A stretch of 64,000 nucleotides of DNA from an uncultured Clostridia bacterium (GCA_944349905.1 CALVNR010000007.1:2444-66443); one strand, 5' to 3'. Shown: positions 1 through 8,472, counted from the stretch's first letter. Program-made: numbers and translations. The notes: a model not told the origin generated them from the letters alone.

Positions 1-1
1 C

Positions 2-652
2 TATGTTCGCCATAAAATTATTGAAACGCAAATTGATGGAAAAAGATATATTCATAAAGCAGATAAGATGAAAAACAAAACAAGCAATAGGGTTTTACCA
101 CTATTACCACAAGCAGAAGAACTACTTCTTAAACAAAAAGAAAAAGTTGAAAATAACAAAAATTTGCTTGGCAAAAGTTATGATAAAAGATATTTAGAGT
201 ATGTTTGTGTTGATAATTTAGGACGATTAATTTTGCCCAACAGACTAACTCATAATTTTATCAAAATAATTAGAAAGAATAATCTTAAACATATTCGTTT
301 CCATGACTTACGACATTCTTGTGCTAGTATTATGCTGTCTAATGGAGTTCCTATGAAGCAAATTCAAGAATGGCTTGGACACGCCGATTTTAGCACCACA
401 GCAAATATTTATAGTCATTTAGATTATAAGACAAAGCAAAATTCAGCAATTACCATTTCAAATGTTTTTAATTTTAATTCAAAAAGCGAAGAGAGGCAAA
501 TAAATAAAATTGACAAAACAAAAGAACTTGAAGAAAAAATTGCAAAATTAGAAGAGCAACTGAAATCCCAACAAGAAGATGAAGAATATAAAGAGTGGCT
601 GAAAGAAAAAGAAATGCGTAAAAAGAAAAAACAAAAAGATTTTGAGATGTAA
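2..652 (+). CDS. tyrosine recombinase / phage-type integrase, C-terminal part (5' end outside the window)
   Basis: The frame is open from base 2 (YVRHKIIETQIDGKRYIHKADK precedes the Met at 68). It carries tyrosine-recombinase C-terminal signatures: RFHDLRHSCASIML (HxxR box) and WLGHADFSTTANIYSHL (box II with the nucleophile Tyr). It ends in a K/E-rich coiled-coil-like tail. Confidence 0.85.
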   Translation, partial: YVRHKIIETQIDGKRYIHKADKMKNKTSNRVLPLLPQAEELLLKQKEKVENNKNLLGKSYDKRYLEYVCVDNLGRLILPNRLTHNFIKIIRKNNLKHIRFHDLRHSCASIMLSNGVPMKQIQEWLGHADFSTTANIYSHLDYKTKQNSAITISNVFNFNSKSEERQINKIDKTKELEEKIAKLEEQLKSQQEDEEYKEWLKEKEMRKKKKQKDFEM

Positions 653-657
653 AAAAT

Positions 658-691
658 GACTGGGAATTTATGATAATTCTCAGTCTTTTTT
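658..691 (+). terminator. intrinsic terminator after the integrase
   Basis: GACTGGGAATT (658-668), a 6-nt loop, AATTCTCAGTC (675-685; one G.T pair), then TTTTTT (686-691). Confidence 0.7.
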
Positions 692-709
692 ATGCAATTT
701 TTTCAAAAA

Positions 710-855
710 TTTTTAGACAATTTTTTAGACAGTGGCAATTTTTAAGTAAAATTAGATGTTTTTATGCAATGTGAAATATTAAAATTTTACATGCAAAAAT
801 GACATTTTTTAGACACTTTTTACAAAATTTTTAGACACTTTTAAGTAAAAATTAG
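710..855 (+). repeat. iterated direct repeats, candidate arm-type recombinase/Xis binding sites
   Basis: TTTTTAGACA occurs at 710-719, 722-731, 806-815 and 828-837. A second motif, TTTTAAGTAAAA(A)TTAG, occurs at 740-755 and 839-855. This gives two composite units (722-755 and 828-855) between the integrase stop and the tRNA 3' end. Confidence 0.55.
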
Positions 856-871
856 TTATGTAAAAATAATA

Positions 872-896
872 AAATCCCTAATAAAATAAGGGATTT
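872..896 (-). terminator. terminator downstream of tRNA-Lys (minus strand)
   Basis: AAATCCCT (872-879) pairs with AGGGATTT (889-896). On the minus strand the hairpin is followed by a T-rich run (TTTTATTATTTTT). Confidence 0.55.
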
Positions 897-899
897 AAA

Positions 900-975
900 T
901 GGTGGACCAGCAGGGACTCGAACCCTGGACCCATTGATTAAGAGTCAATTGCTCTACCAACTGAGCTACTGGTCC
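900..975 (-). tRNA. tRNA-Lys (anticodon CTT), CCA encoded
   Basis: The reverse complement folds by hand into a cloverleaf: GGACCAG TA GCTC AGTTGGTA GAGC A ATTGA CTCTTAA TCAAT GGGTC CAGGG TTCGAGT CCCTG CTGGTCC A CCA. All four stems are Watson-Crick paired. The anticodon loop is CT-CTT-AA. Confidence 0.9.
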
Positions 976-1007
976 ATATTTATAGTTTAGACTCGTTTCG
1001 GAGCGTA

Positions 1008-1048
1008 TGATTAAGAGTCGAATGCTCTACCAACTGAGCTAGCAGTCC
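1008..1048 (-). pseudogene. orphan 5' half of a second tRNA-Lys(CTT): acceptor 5' arm, D-arm, anticodon 5' arm and loop only
   Basis: The reverse complement reads GGACTGC TA GCTC AGTTGGTA GAGC A TTCGA CTCTTAA TCA. It then diverges (TACGCTCCGAAACGAGTC...). There is no anticodon 3' arm (TCGAA expected), no T-arm and no acceptor 3' strand (GCAGTCC). Confidence 0.75.
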
Positions 1049-1145
1049 ATATCGTTTTACAATTGTATAATAAAAGTTTGCACAATCAAGTTTACATGTG
1101 CAATTATACATTAATTTATTTTTATTGTCAATTGTTTTTTGAAAT

Positions 1146-1325
1146 TTAACTTATCTTATTTGGTTTTATTTCGCCGTATATATTCTCAAATTCTTTAATA
1201 TGTTTTTTTAACAATTGCTCAATTTCTTTATTCTTAGTTCTTCCATAATAAGAAGATATATATTGCATTTTTGTAAGTAATTCTTCAGAAGTTCTTAAAG
1301 TAAATCTTTGATATTTTCTATCCAT
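1146..1325 (-). CDS. small ribbon-helix-helix (Arc/CopG/MetJ-like) DNA-binding protein, 59 aa; absent from the ORF track
   Basis: My translation is MDRKYQRFTLRTSEELLTKMQYISSYYGRTKNKEIEQLLKKHIKEFENIYGEIKPNKIS. The SD GGAGAG lies upstream of the ATG (1323-1325 on the reverse complement). The N-terminal beta-strand (QRFTLRT) followed by two helices is the RHH pattern. Confidence 0.6.
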   Translation of the reverse strand: MDRKYQRFTLRTSEELLTKMQYISSYYGRTKNKEIEQLLKKHIKEFENIYGEIKPNKIS

Positions 1326-1443
1326 ACTTCTCTCCTTTTTAGCATTTTACAACATATTGCTCAAATATATGTAAAGTTGCGTTAATTCTACACTACCATT
1401 TTAAAAATTTTTAAAAATAGTTTTTTATTTTATATTTATTGTG

Positions 1444-1449
1444 TATAAT
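1444..1449 (+). promoter_or_regulatory. -10 box (TATAAT) 7 nt upstream of the rsmD ATG; leaderless candidate
   Basis: TATAAT is at 1444-1449 and the ATG at 1457. No purine-rich SD lies between them (ATTTTGT). Confidence 0.4.
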
Positions 1450-1456
1450 ATTTTGT

Positions 1457-2002
1457 ATGAGAGTAACAGCAGGCTTATTTAAAGGCAGACCATTGGTTGA
1501 AAATAAATATGAACATATAAGGCCAACAGCAGATATGGTAAAGCAAGCACTTTTTAACAAACTTGCTTTTCAAATTTCAGATGCAGTAGTGTTGGATCTT
1601 TTTTGTGGGACGGGTGCACTTGGTATTGAAGCAATAAGTAGGGGTGCAAAAGAAGTTGTATTTGTAGACAAAGACTTTCGTTCGGTTGCTTTAACAAAAG
1701 AAAATTTAAGAAAATTAGGTATTAATGCAGAAGTCTATAAAGGTGACTGTATAAATGCTTTAAAACTTTTTAAAGCCCAAAATAAAATTTTTGATATAAT
1801 AATTTTAGATCCACCTTATAAAAGCAATTTATATGAAATTTGCGTAGATGAAATATGCAAATTGGGACTTTTAAAAAAAGATGGTTTAATAGTTTGTGAA
1901 ATGAATAAAGAAGACAATTTTGAATTTAAAAATTTTCAAATTGTTGATGAAAAAAGATATGGGATAAAAAAACTTTGTTATTTGCAACATTTTGACAAAT
2001 AA
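1457..2002 (+). CDS. rsmD: 16S rRNA (guanine966-N2)-methyltransferase RsmD
   Basis: It starts MRVTAGLFKGR, like B. subtilis YlbH. It has the SAM motif LDLFCGTGALGIEAISRGA and a DPPY motif. I prefer the start at 1457 over the TTG at 1439. Confidence 0.85.
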   Translation: MRVTAGLFKGRPLVENKYEHIRPTADMVKQALFNKLAFQISDAVVLDLFCGTGALGIEAISRGAKEVVFVDKDFRSVALTKENLRKLGINAEVYKGDCINALKLFKAQNKIFDIIILDPPYKSNLYEICVDEICKLGLLKKDGLIVCEMNKEDNFEFKNFQIVDEKRYGIKKLCYLQHFDK

Positions 2003-2075
2003 GATAAAGTTATTGTATTTATTTTGATTATTTTATAAGTTATGATATAATCTTTAAAGATTTAGGAAGGTAGAT

Positions 2076-2807
2076 ATGGAAAATATTTTTGATTCATGGC
2101 TAGTAACCATGCCTATTGCTCATCGCGGTCTTCATGATAAAGAAAGACCAGAAAATTCTTTGCCTGCATTTCAAAATGCAATTGATAATGGATACGCTAT
2201 TGAACTTGACGTTCAAATGATTGCTGATGGCACGCTGGTTGTCTTTCATGATGAGTCATTGTCAAGAGTAACAAATAATGATGGTTATTTAAAATTTTTA
2301 AATAAATCGGACCTTGATGTTTTATATCTTTGTGGAACAAAAGAAAAAATTCCAACTTTTGAAGAAACATTAAATTTAATTAATGGTAGAACACCAATTT
2401 TGATTGAAATCAAAAACAGAGGTAAGGTGGGAACACTTGAAAAGAAAGTTATTGAAATTTTAAAAAATTATAAAGGTGAATTTGCTATTGAGGCATTCAA
2501 CCCATATGTTCTACAATACTTTGCAAATCATGCACCAGAATTTTTGAGAGGACAACTTGCAGGTTATTTGAAAAAGGAAAAATTGCCATTTATACAAAAA
2601 TTTGCTTTAAAAAGAATGCTTTTAAACAAACATATTTCAAAACCTGATTTTATCGCATATGAAGGTAAATATTTGCCTAATAGATTTGTAAGAAAATACA
2701 AAAAATTGCCTTTGCTTGCTTGGACAGTTAGAAGTCAAAGTGAATATTTAAGAGTTGTTAAATATTGCGACAACATAATTTTTGAAGATTTTGAACCAAA
2801 AATTTAA
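2076..2807 (+). CDS. glycerophosphodiester phosphodiesterase family protein
   Basis: GDPD signatures are present: HRGLHDKERPENSLPAFQNAIDNGYAIELDVQ and VVFHDESLSRVT. The SD is GGAAGG. Confidence 0.75.
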   Translation: MENIFDSWLVTMPIAHRGLHDKERPENSLPAFQNAIDNGYAIELDVQMIADGTLVVFHDESLSRVTNNDGYLKFLNKSDLDVLYLCGTKEKIPTFEETLNLINGRTPILIEIKNRGKVGTLEKKVIEILKNYKGEFAIEAFNPYVLQYFANHAPEFLRGQLAGYLKKEKLPFIQKFALKRMLLNKHISKPDFIAYEGKYLPNRFVRKYKKLPLLAWTVRSQSEYLRVVKYCDNIIFEDFEPKI

Positions 2808-2835
2808 ACAAGATATCAAATATCTTGTTTTTTTA
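2808..2835 (+). terminator. intrinsic terminator
   Basis: ACAAGATA (2808-2815), a short loop, TATCTTGT (2821-2828), then a T run to 2835. Confidence 0.75.
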
Positions 2836-2847
2836 TTTGTTATAAAT

Positions 2848-2876
2848 TTGCAATTATATTTTATTTATATTATAAT
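2848..2876 (+). promoter_or_regulatory. sigma-A type promoter of lepA; leaderless candidate
   Basis: TTGCAA (2848-2853), a 17-nt spacer, then TATAAT (2871-2876). The ATG is at 2884. The intervening TTAAATC has no SD. Confidence 0.5.
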
Positions 2877-2883
2877 TTAAATC

Positions 2884-4692
2884 ATGGATAGAAAAGATAA
2901 GATTAGAAATTTTTGTATTGTTGCTCATATTGACCATGGCAAAAGTACTCTTGCAGATAGACTTATTGAAAAGACGGGAACTTTGGCAAAAAGAGATATG
3001 CAAGACCAACTTTTAGATAGCATGGAACTTGAAAGGGAAAAGGGAATAACAATAAAACTTACACCTACTCGCATGTTATATGAATTTGAAGGTGAAGAGT
3101 ATGAATTAAACTTGATTGATACTCCTGGGCATGTAGATTTTACTTATGAAGTTTCACGCTCTCTTGCTGCTTGCGAAGGGGCTATTTTGATTGTAGATGC
3201 ATCTCAAGGGGTTGAAGCACAAACTCTTGCAAATGCTTATCTTGCAATTGATAATAACTTGGAAATTTTGCCTGTTATTAATAAAATTGATTTGCCTAGT
3301 GCTAGACCAGAAGAAGTAAAAAAAGAAATAGAAGATGTTGTTGGTATACCAGCAATGCATGCACCTTGTATTTCTGCAAAAGATGGCACTAATATTGATG
3401 AAGTTTTAAAAATGATAGTTAAAGAGTTTCCGGCGCCAAAAGGTGATGAAAACGAGAAACTTAAATGTTTGATATTTGATAGTTATTATGACAACTTTAA
3501 AGGTGCTATTTGTCTTATAAGAGTTTTTGATGGAACGGTTAAAGTCGGCGATAAAATTAAAATGATGCAGACTGGTAAAGTTTATGATGTCAATGAGGTT
3601 GGGATATTTGTGCCAAACACAAAATCTACTGGTGTTTTAAAAGCCGGAGATGTTGGATACCTTGCTTGTTCTATTAAAACAATACAAGATGTTTGTGTAG
3701 GAGATACTATCACTGATGCAAACAATCCTATTGAAACTGCTTTGCCTGGTTACAAAAAAGTTCAACCTGTTGTTTTTTGCGGAATTTTTCCAGTTGATGG
3801 CGCAAAATATCAAGAACTAAAAGATGCACTTGAAAAATTAAAATTAAATGATGCTTCTTTGCAATACGAACCAGAAGTTTCTCAGGCTCTTGGTTTTGGT
3901 TTTCGTTGTGGTTTTCTTGGATTATTGCATTTGGAAATTATTTCTGAAAGACTTGAAAGAGAGTTTAATCTTGATATAATCACAACAGCACCAGGTGTAT
4001 ATTATCTTGTGCATAAAACAAACGGAGAAGTATTAAAGTTGTCAAATCCTTCTTCTTTGCCTAGTCCTGTTGAAATTGATTATATTGAAGAACCTATGGT
4101 AAAAGCAAACATATTTACTCCACCTGAATATGTTGGGGCAATTATGGAATTATGTCAAGAAAAAAGAGGCATTTACAAAGGACTAACGTACCTTGAAAAA
4201 AAAAGAGTTAGGGTAGATTATACCTTGCCTTTGGGAGAAATTATTTATGACTTTTTTGATAGTCTTAAATCAAGAACAAAAGGGTATGCAAGTTTTGATT
4301 ACGAAATGGCTGATTTTGAAAGAAGTGATTTGGTTAGAGTTGATATTTTACTTAATGGTGAAAAGTGTGATGCTTTGTCAATTATTGTTCATAAAGATAA
4401 AGCATATTCACGAGGTAGAGCTTTGACTGAAAAACTTAAAAAAATCATACCTAGACAACTTTTTGAAGTTCCTATTCAAGCAGCTATTGGAAACAAAATC
4501 ATTGCTAGGGAAACTGTTTCTGCTATGCGAAAAGATGTTCTTGCAAAATGTTATGGTGGTGATATTACGCGTAAGAGAAAACTTCTAGAAAAACAAAAAG
4601 AAGGCAAAAAGCGTATGAGAAAAATCGGCTCAGTTGAAATTCCGTCGGAGGCATTTATGTCTATCTTAAAATTGGACGATGGAGATAAATAA
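2884..4692 (+). CDS. lepA: translation elongation factor 4 (LepA)
   Basis: [21 protein letters not shown] (G1), DTPGHVDF and NKIDL motifs. The LepA-specific C-terminus is full length at 602 aa. Confidence 0.95.
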   Translation: MDRKDKIRNFCIVAHIDHGKSTLADRLIEKTGTLAKRDMQDQLLDSMELEREKGITIKLTPTRMLYEFEGEEYELNLIDTPGHVDFTYEVSRSLAACEGAILIVDASQGVEAQTLANAYLAIDNNLEILPVINKIDLPSARPEEVKKEIEDVVGIPAMHAPCISAKDGTNIDEVLKMIVKEFPAPKGDENEKLKCLIFDSYYDNFKGAICLIRVFDGTVKVGDKIKMMQTGKVYDVNEVGIFVPNTKSTGVLKAGDVGYLACSIKTIQDVCVGDTITDANNPIETALPGYKKVQPVVFCGIFPVDGAKYQELKDALEKLKLNDASLQYEPEVSQALGFGFRCGFLGLLHLEIISERLEREFNLDIITTAPGVYYLVHKTNGEVLKLSNPSSLPSPVEIDYIEEPMVKANIFTPPEYVGAIMELCQEKRGIYKGLTYLEKKRVRVDYTLPLGEIIYDFFDSLKSRTKGYASFDYEMADFERSDLVRVDILLNGEKCDALSIIVHKDKAYSRGRALTEKLKKIIPRQLFEVPIQAAIGNKIIARETVSAMRKDVLAKCYGGDITRKRKLLEKQKEGKKRMRKIGSVEIPSEAFMSILKLDDGDK

Positions 4693-5787
4693 ATGCTTGG
4701 AATATATGTTCATATTCCATTTTGTGAAAGTAAATGCAATTATTGTGCATTTGCTTCTTTTGTGCAAAAAAAAGAAATTCAAAAAAAATATTTTAAATTT
4801 TTAATTGATGAAATAAATAATTTTAATTTGGCAAGTGATTCAATTGTGGATTCAATATTTATAGGTGGTGGCACACCTAGTTGCGTAGATGTGTGCTATA
4901 TTGAAACAATTATGTCTGCTATAAAAAACAAATTTAAAATATTGAAAGATGCAGAAATTACCATAGAAGCAAATCCAAATTCTTTGAATTTAGAAAAACT
5001 AAAAATTTACAGAAAATTAGGTATCAATCGTTTGTCTATAGGTGTGCAATCTTTAAATAATAATCAATTAAAAAAAATAGGTAGGATGCATAATAAAAAA
5101 CAGGTGTTTGATGCTTTAAAATTTGCAAAAAAAGCAGGCTTTGAAAACATAAATTGCGACTTTTTGTTGGGACTTGAAAATAGTAATTATTTTAAAATAA
5201 AAAACATGCTGAGGAAAATTAAAAATAAAGTTACGCATTTTTCTTGTTACATGTTGCAAGTAGAAAATGGAACTTTACTTGAAAAAATGTGCAAAGAGAA
5301 AAAAATAGTTTTACCTGATGAAGACAAAACAGTAAAAATATATGAAAAAATATCAAATTATTTACAAAAGAAAAAATTTTTCAGATATGAAATTTCAAAT
5401 TTTGCAAAAGAAGGGTATCAGTGTTTGCATAATATAAAGTATTGGCGTAGAGATAACTATTTGGGATTTGGCTTATCAGCACACTCATTGTTTAACAACA
5501 AAAGATGGGCCAATGCTTCAATTTTTGATGATTATTTTAAAAATAAAAAACCTTATGAAGAGTTGTTGACAAATCAACAAATCATTGAAGAAATAATTAT
5601 GCTTGGTCTTCGTTGTGAAATTGGTTTTAACAAAAAACAAATTCTAGATTTGGGATATGATATAGAAAAAAATGAAAACTTTAACAATTTAATTAATAAA
5701 AATATACTTATAGAAAAAGGAGATATAATAAAAACTAACCCCAAATATTATGGAGTTAGCAATTATATAATTTCAAGTATTTTATAA
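4693..5787 (+). CDS. hemW: radical SAM heme chaperone HemW / HemN-like
   Basis: It has the CESKCNYCAF radical-SAM CxxxCxxC motif and a GGGTPS motif. It sits directly after lepA, as in B. subtilis. Confidence 0.8.
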   Translation: MLGIYVHIPFCESKCNYCAFASFVQKKEIQKKYFKFLIDEINNFNLASDSIVDSIFIGGGTPSCVDVCYIETIMSAIKNKFKILKDAEITIEANPNSLNLEKLKIYRKLGINRLSIGVQSLNNNQLKKIGRMHNKKQVFDALKFAKKAGFENINCDFLLGLENSNYFKIKNMLRKIKNKVTHFSCYMLQVENGTLLEKMCKEKKIVLPDEDKTVKIYEKISNYLQKKKFFRYEISNFAKEGYQCLHNIKYWRRDNYLGFGLSAHSLFNNKRWANASIFDDYFKNKKPYEELLTNQQIIEEIIMLGLRCEIGFNKKQILDLGYDIEKNENFNNLINKNILIEKGDIIKTNPKYYGVSNYIISSIL

Positions 5788-6168
5788 TTAAAATTCTTTT
5801 TCTAAACCATCTGTGTTTTCTTTAACAAATTTTTTCAAAAATGAAAATTGAGTTTTGACCATATTATATTTTTCTTGGCGAAAATATTTAAACATATCTA
5901 TTACTGCATCAAAAAGCACTTTTATTTCATTTTCGTTGAAATTAAATTTGTTTTTAAATTTAATTATATTATTTTTACATTCAAAACAATCAAGTGTATT
6001 TAGCATATCAAAAAATTCTTTATTTTTTTTGTTTTCTTGATTTAATTCTTCTTGTTTAGACAATTTTAACTTAATTTCTTCAATTAAGCCGTTTTGTGTG
6101 TTAAAATCATTTTCATTTTTTCTTGTTATTTTATGGTTAAGACGTACCAATTCTTCAAAATTATCCAT
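5788..6168 (-). CDS. hypothetical helical protein
   Basis: I moved the start to MDNFEELV (ATG at 6166-6168 on the reverse complement), which follows an AAAGGA SD. I recognise no motif. Confidence 0.45.
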   Translation of the reverse strand: MDNFEELVRLNHKITRKNENDFNTQNGLIEEIKLKLSKQEELNQENKKNKEFFDMLNTLDCFECKNNIIKFKNKFNFNENEIKVLFDAVIDMFKYFRQEKYNMVKTQFSFLKKFVKENTDGLEKEF

Positions 6169-6251
6169 ACTTTGTCCTTTTAAAATTACAATAATTTTAT
6201 CATATAAATAGGGTATAGTCAATAATAAAATAAAAAAAATTAAAAAATTGC

Positions 6252-6280
6252 TTGCATTTTTTTTAATGTTATGTTAAAAT
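6252..6280 (+). promoter_or_regulatory. sigma-A type promoter with extended -10 for ylxM-ffh
   Basis: TTGCAT (6252-6257), a 17-nt spacer, then TGtTAAAAT (6272-6280). Confidence 0.45.
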
Positions 6281-6282
6281 TG

Positions 6283-6310
6283 CTTTGTAAAGTAAAAATG
6301 CTTTACAAAG
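6283..6310 (+). promoter_or_regulatory. perfect 10-bp inverted repeat between the -10 box and the ylxM start
   Basis: CTTTGTAAAG (6283-6292), an 8-nt loop, then CTTTACAAAG (6301-6310). The 3' arm overlaps the SD AAAGGA (6307-6312). Confidence 0.5.
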
Positions 6311-6318
6311 GATATTGC

Positions 6319-6624
6319 ATGAGAGTTGAAGAAAATATTTATTATGCTGTTCTTTTTGATGTTTATGCTCCTTTGCTTAGCAAAGGTCAGCAACAAGTTT
6401 TGCAAGATTATTTGTATGAGAATTTGACTGCATCTGAAATATCAGAAAACCAAAATATTTCCAGACAAGCTGTTAAAGATTGTATAGATAAAGCTTTAAA
6501 AAAACTTGAAGATTTTGAAAACAAACTTCACATGAAAGAAAAAATTGAAAGTTTGCAAAAAGAAAATCAAATATTAAAAGAAAAAGTAGCATCTTTAAAA
6601 GGAGAGAAAAATGGGACTATTTAG
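6319..6624 (+). CDS. ylxM: YlxM/UPF0122 helix-turn-helix protein upstream of ffh
   Basis: The sequence YAVLFDVYAPLLSKGQQQVLQDYLYENLTASEISENQNISRQAVKD matches the family, as does the position before ffh. The start at 6319 has an SD. Confidence 0.8.
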   Translation: MRVEENIYYAVLFDVYAPLLSKGQQQVLQDYLYENLTASEISENQNISRQAVKDCIDKALKKLEDFENKLHMKEKIESLQKENQILKEKVASLKGEKNGTI

Positions 6625-7921
6625 TTCGCTTTCAGAGAGATTCAACCATATTTTTTCAAAATTGAAAAATAGAGGCAGACTTACTGAACTTGAAATTAAA
6701 GAAGCGATGAGAGAGGTCCGTATGGCTCTTTTGGAAGCTGATGTAAATTATTTGGTAGCAAAAGATTTTGTGAAAAATGTTTCCGAAAAAGCTGTTGGTG
6801 ATGAGGTTTTAAAAAGTTTAACACCTTCTCAACAAGTTATAAAAATTGTTAAAGATGAACTTACAGCGCTTATGTCTTCAACAAATCAAAAATTGCAAGT
6901 TGCTTCTCAGCCACCAACAATAATTATGATGTGTGGGCTTCAAGGTGCTGGTAAAACAACAATGTGTGCAAAACTTGGTGCTCATTTGAAAAAGAGCGGA
7001 AAAAGACCTTTGCTTGTTGCTTGTGATATTTATAGACCAGCAGCAATCAATCAACTTCAAATTGTTGGAAAACAAGCCAATGTTGAAGTTTTTGAAAAAG
7101 GGACTCAAAACCCTGTAAAAACTGCACAACAGGCTGTTGAATTTGCAAAAAAACAAGGTTTTGACACAGTTATTATAGACACAGCAGGACGACTTCATAT
7201 CAATGAAGAATTGATGGACGAATTAAAAAACATTAAGAAAACTGTAAATCCAACTGAAATACTTTTGGTTGTAGATTCTATGACTGGTCAAGATTCAGTT
7301 ACTGTTGCTGAAAGTTTTAACAATGACCTTGATGTTACAGGTGTTATACTTACAAAGTTGGATGGTGATACAAGGGGTGGTGCAGCATTATCTATAAAAG
7401 CAATAACTGGAAAACCAATTAAATTTACTGGTGTAGGTGAAAAGATTGGCGATATAGAGCCTTTTTATCCTGACAGAATTGCAAGTAGAATCTTAGGAAT
7501 GGGAGATGTACTTTCATTAATAGAAAAAGCTCAACAGGCTGTTACCGAAGAAGAAGCAAAAGCACTCGAAAAAAAATTTCGTGAAAATTCATTTACTTTT
7601 GATGATTATTTAAAACAGATTGAAAGTATTAAAAAAATGGGGAATATCAAAGATTTAATTTCAATGATTCCTGGTATTGGTGGAAAGATAAAAAATCTTG
7701 ATATAGATGAAAATCAATTAATGATAAACAAAGCTATTATTCAATCTATGACCCCACAAGAAAGACTTATGCCTGATATAATAAAAGCAAGCAGAAGACA
7801 AAGAATTGCAAAAGGAAGTGGAACTTCTGTGCAACAAGTAAATCAACTACTTAAACAATTTGAACAATCAAAAGAAATGATGAAACAACTTAAAAATGGT
7901 AAATTTAGACCAAAATTTTAA
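6611..7921 (+). CDS. ffh: signal recognition particle protein Ffh
   Basis: GLQGAGKTT, DTAGR and TKLDGD GTPase motifs, plus a Met-rich M domain. Confidence 0.95.
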   Translation: MGLFSSLSERFNHIFSKLKNRGRLTELEIKEAMREVRMALLEADVNYLVAKDFVKNVSEKAVGDEVLKSLTPSQQVIKIVKDELTALMSSTNQKLQVASQPPTIIMMCGLQGAGKTTMCAKLGAHLKKSGKRPLLVACDIYRPAAINQLQIVGKQANVEVFEKGTQNPVKTAQQAVEFAKKQGFDTVIIDTAGRLHINEELMDELKNIKKTVNPTEILLVVDSMTGQDSVTVAESFNNDLDVTGVILTKLDGDTRGGAALSIKAITGKPIKFTGVGEKIGDIEPFYPDRIASRILGMGDVLSLIEKAQQAVTEEEAKALEKKFRENSFTFDDYLKQIESIKKMGNIKDLISMIPGIGGKIKNLDIDENQLMINKAIIQSMTPQERLMPDIIKASRRQRIAKGSGTSVQQVNQLLKQFEQSKEMMKQLKNGKFRPKF

Positions 7922-7979
7922 TTGACTTGGTATAACACTGTGTTTGCAGTTTTATATAAATATTAAATAGGAGGAAAAC

Positions 7980-8228
7980 ATGGCAGTAAAAATCAGACTT
8001 ACAAGACTTGGAGATAAAAAAGCTCCATTTTATAGAGTTGTAGTTGCTGATTCAAGAGCACCAAGAGATGGAAAATTTATTGATATTCTTGGAACTTACA
8101 ATCCATTGACAAACCCAGCTGAAATCAAAATTGATAACGAAAAAGCTGAAAAATGGTTGAAAAATGGTGCTACACCAACAGATACAGCAAAACAATTACT
8201 TGTAAAAAGTGGAATCATAAACAAATAA
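7980..8228 (+). CDS. rpsP: 30S ribosomal protein S16
   Basis: [31 protein letters not shown]. Confidence 0.95.
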   Translation: MAVKIRLTRLGDKKAPFYRVVVADSRAPRDGKFIDILGTYNPLTNPAEIKIDNEKAEKWLKNGATPTDTAKQLLVKSGIINK

Positions 8229-8238
8229 GGAGACAGTT

Positions 8239-8472
8239 ATGATAGAACTTGTTGAATTTTTAGTTAAAAAATTAGTAAATGATGAAGAAAGCGTAAAAGT
8301 TCGTCAAGAAGAAGATGAAAATGGTGTCTTAACTATTTTTGTTTCTGTAAATCCAGACGACATGGGAAAGGTTATAGGTAAAAATGGCAAAATCGCTTCT
8401 GCTATTAGAACTTTTGTCAAATCAGTATCTTCTCGTTCTCATAAAAAAGTTTTTGTTAAATTTGGAGAATAA
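8239..8472 (+). CDS. KH domain RNA-binding protein (YlqC family)
   Basis: It has the GKVIGKNGKIASAIR (GxxG) motif and lies between rpsP and rimM. Confidence 0.8.
   Translation: MIELVEFLVKKLVNDEESVKVRQEEDENGVLTIFVSVNPDDMGKVIGKNGKIASAIRTFVKSVSSRSHKKVFVKFGE

Larger units (their letters stand above)
1..899. mobile_element. right-hand end of a putative integrated element (integrase, arm-type repeats, tRNA junction); the element body lies left of the window
   Basis: A tyrosine integrase reading frame is open at base 2. Four copies of TTTTTAGACA follow it, and the 3' end of a tRNA-Lys gene is at 900. This is the classical int-att-tRNA arrangement. The second att copy cannot be seen in this window. 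Confidence 0.5.

Noticed and set aside
710-855. A possible miniature CRISPR-like or tandem-repeat array
   Set aside because: The repeats are only 10-17 nt, irregularly spaced (12, 74 and 12 nt between 10-mers) and AT-rich. No cas genes are present. They fit recombinase arm sites better.
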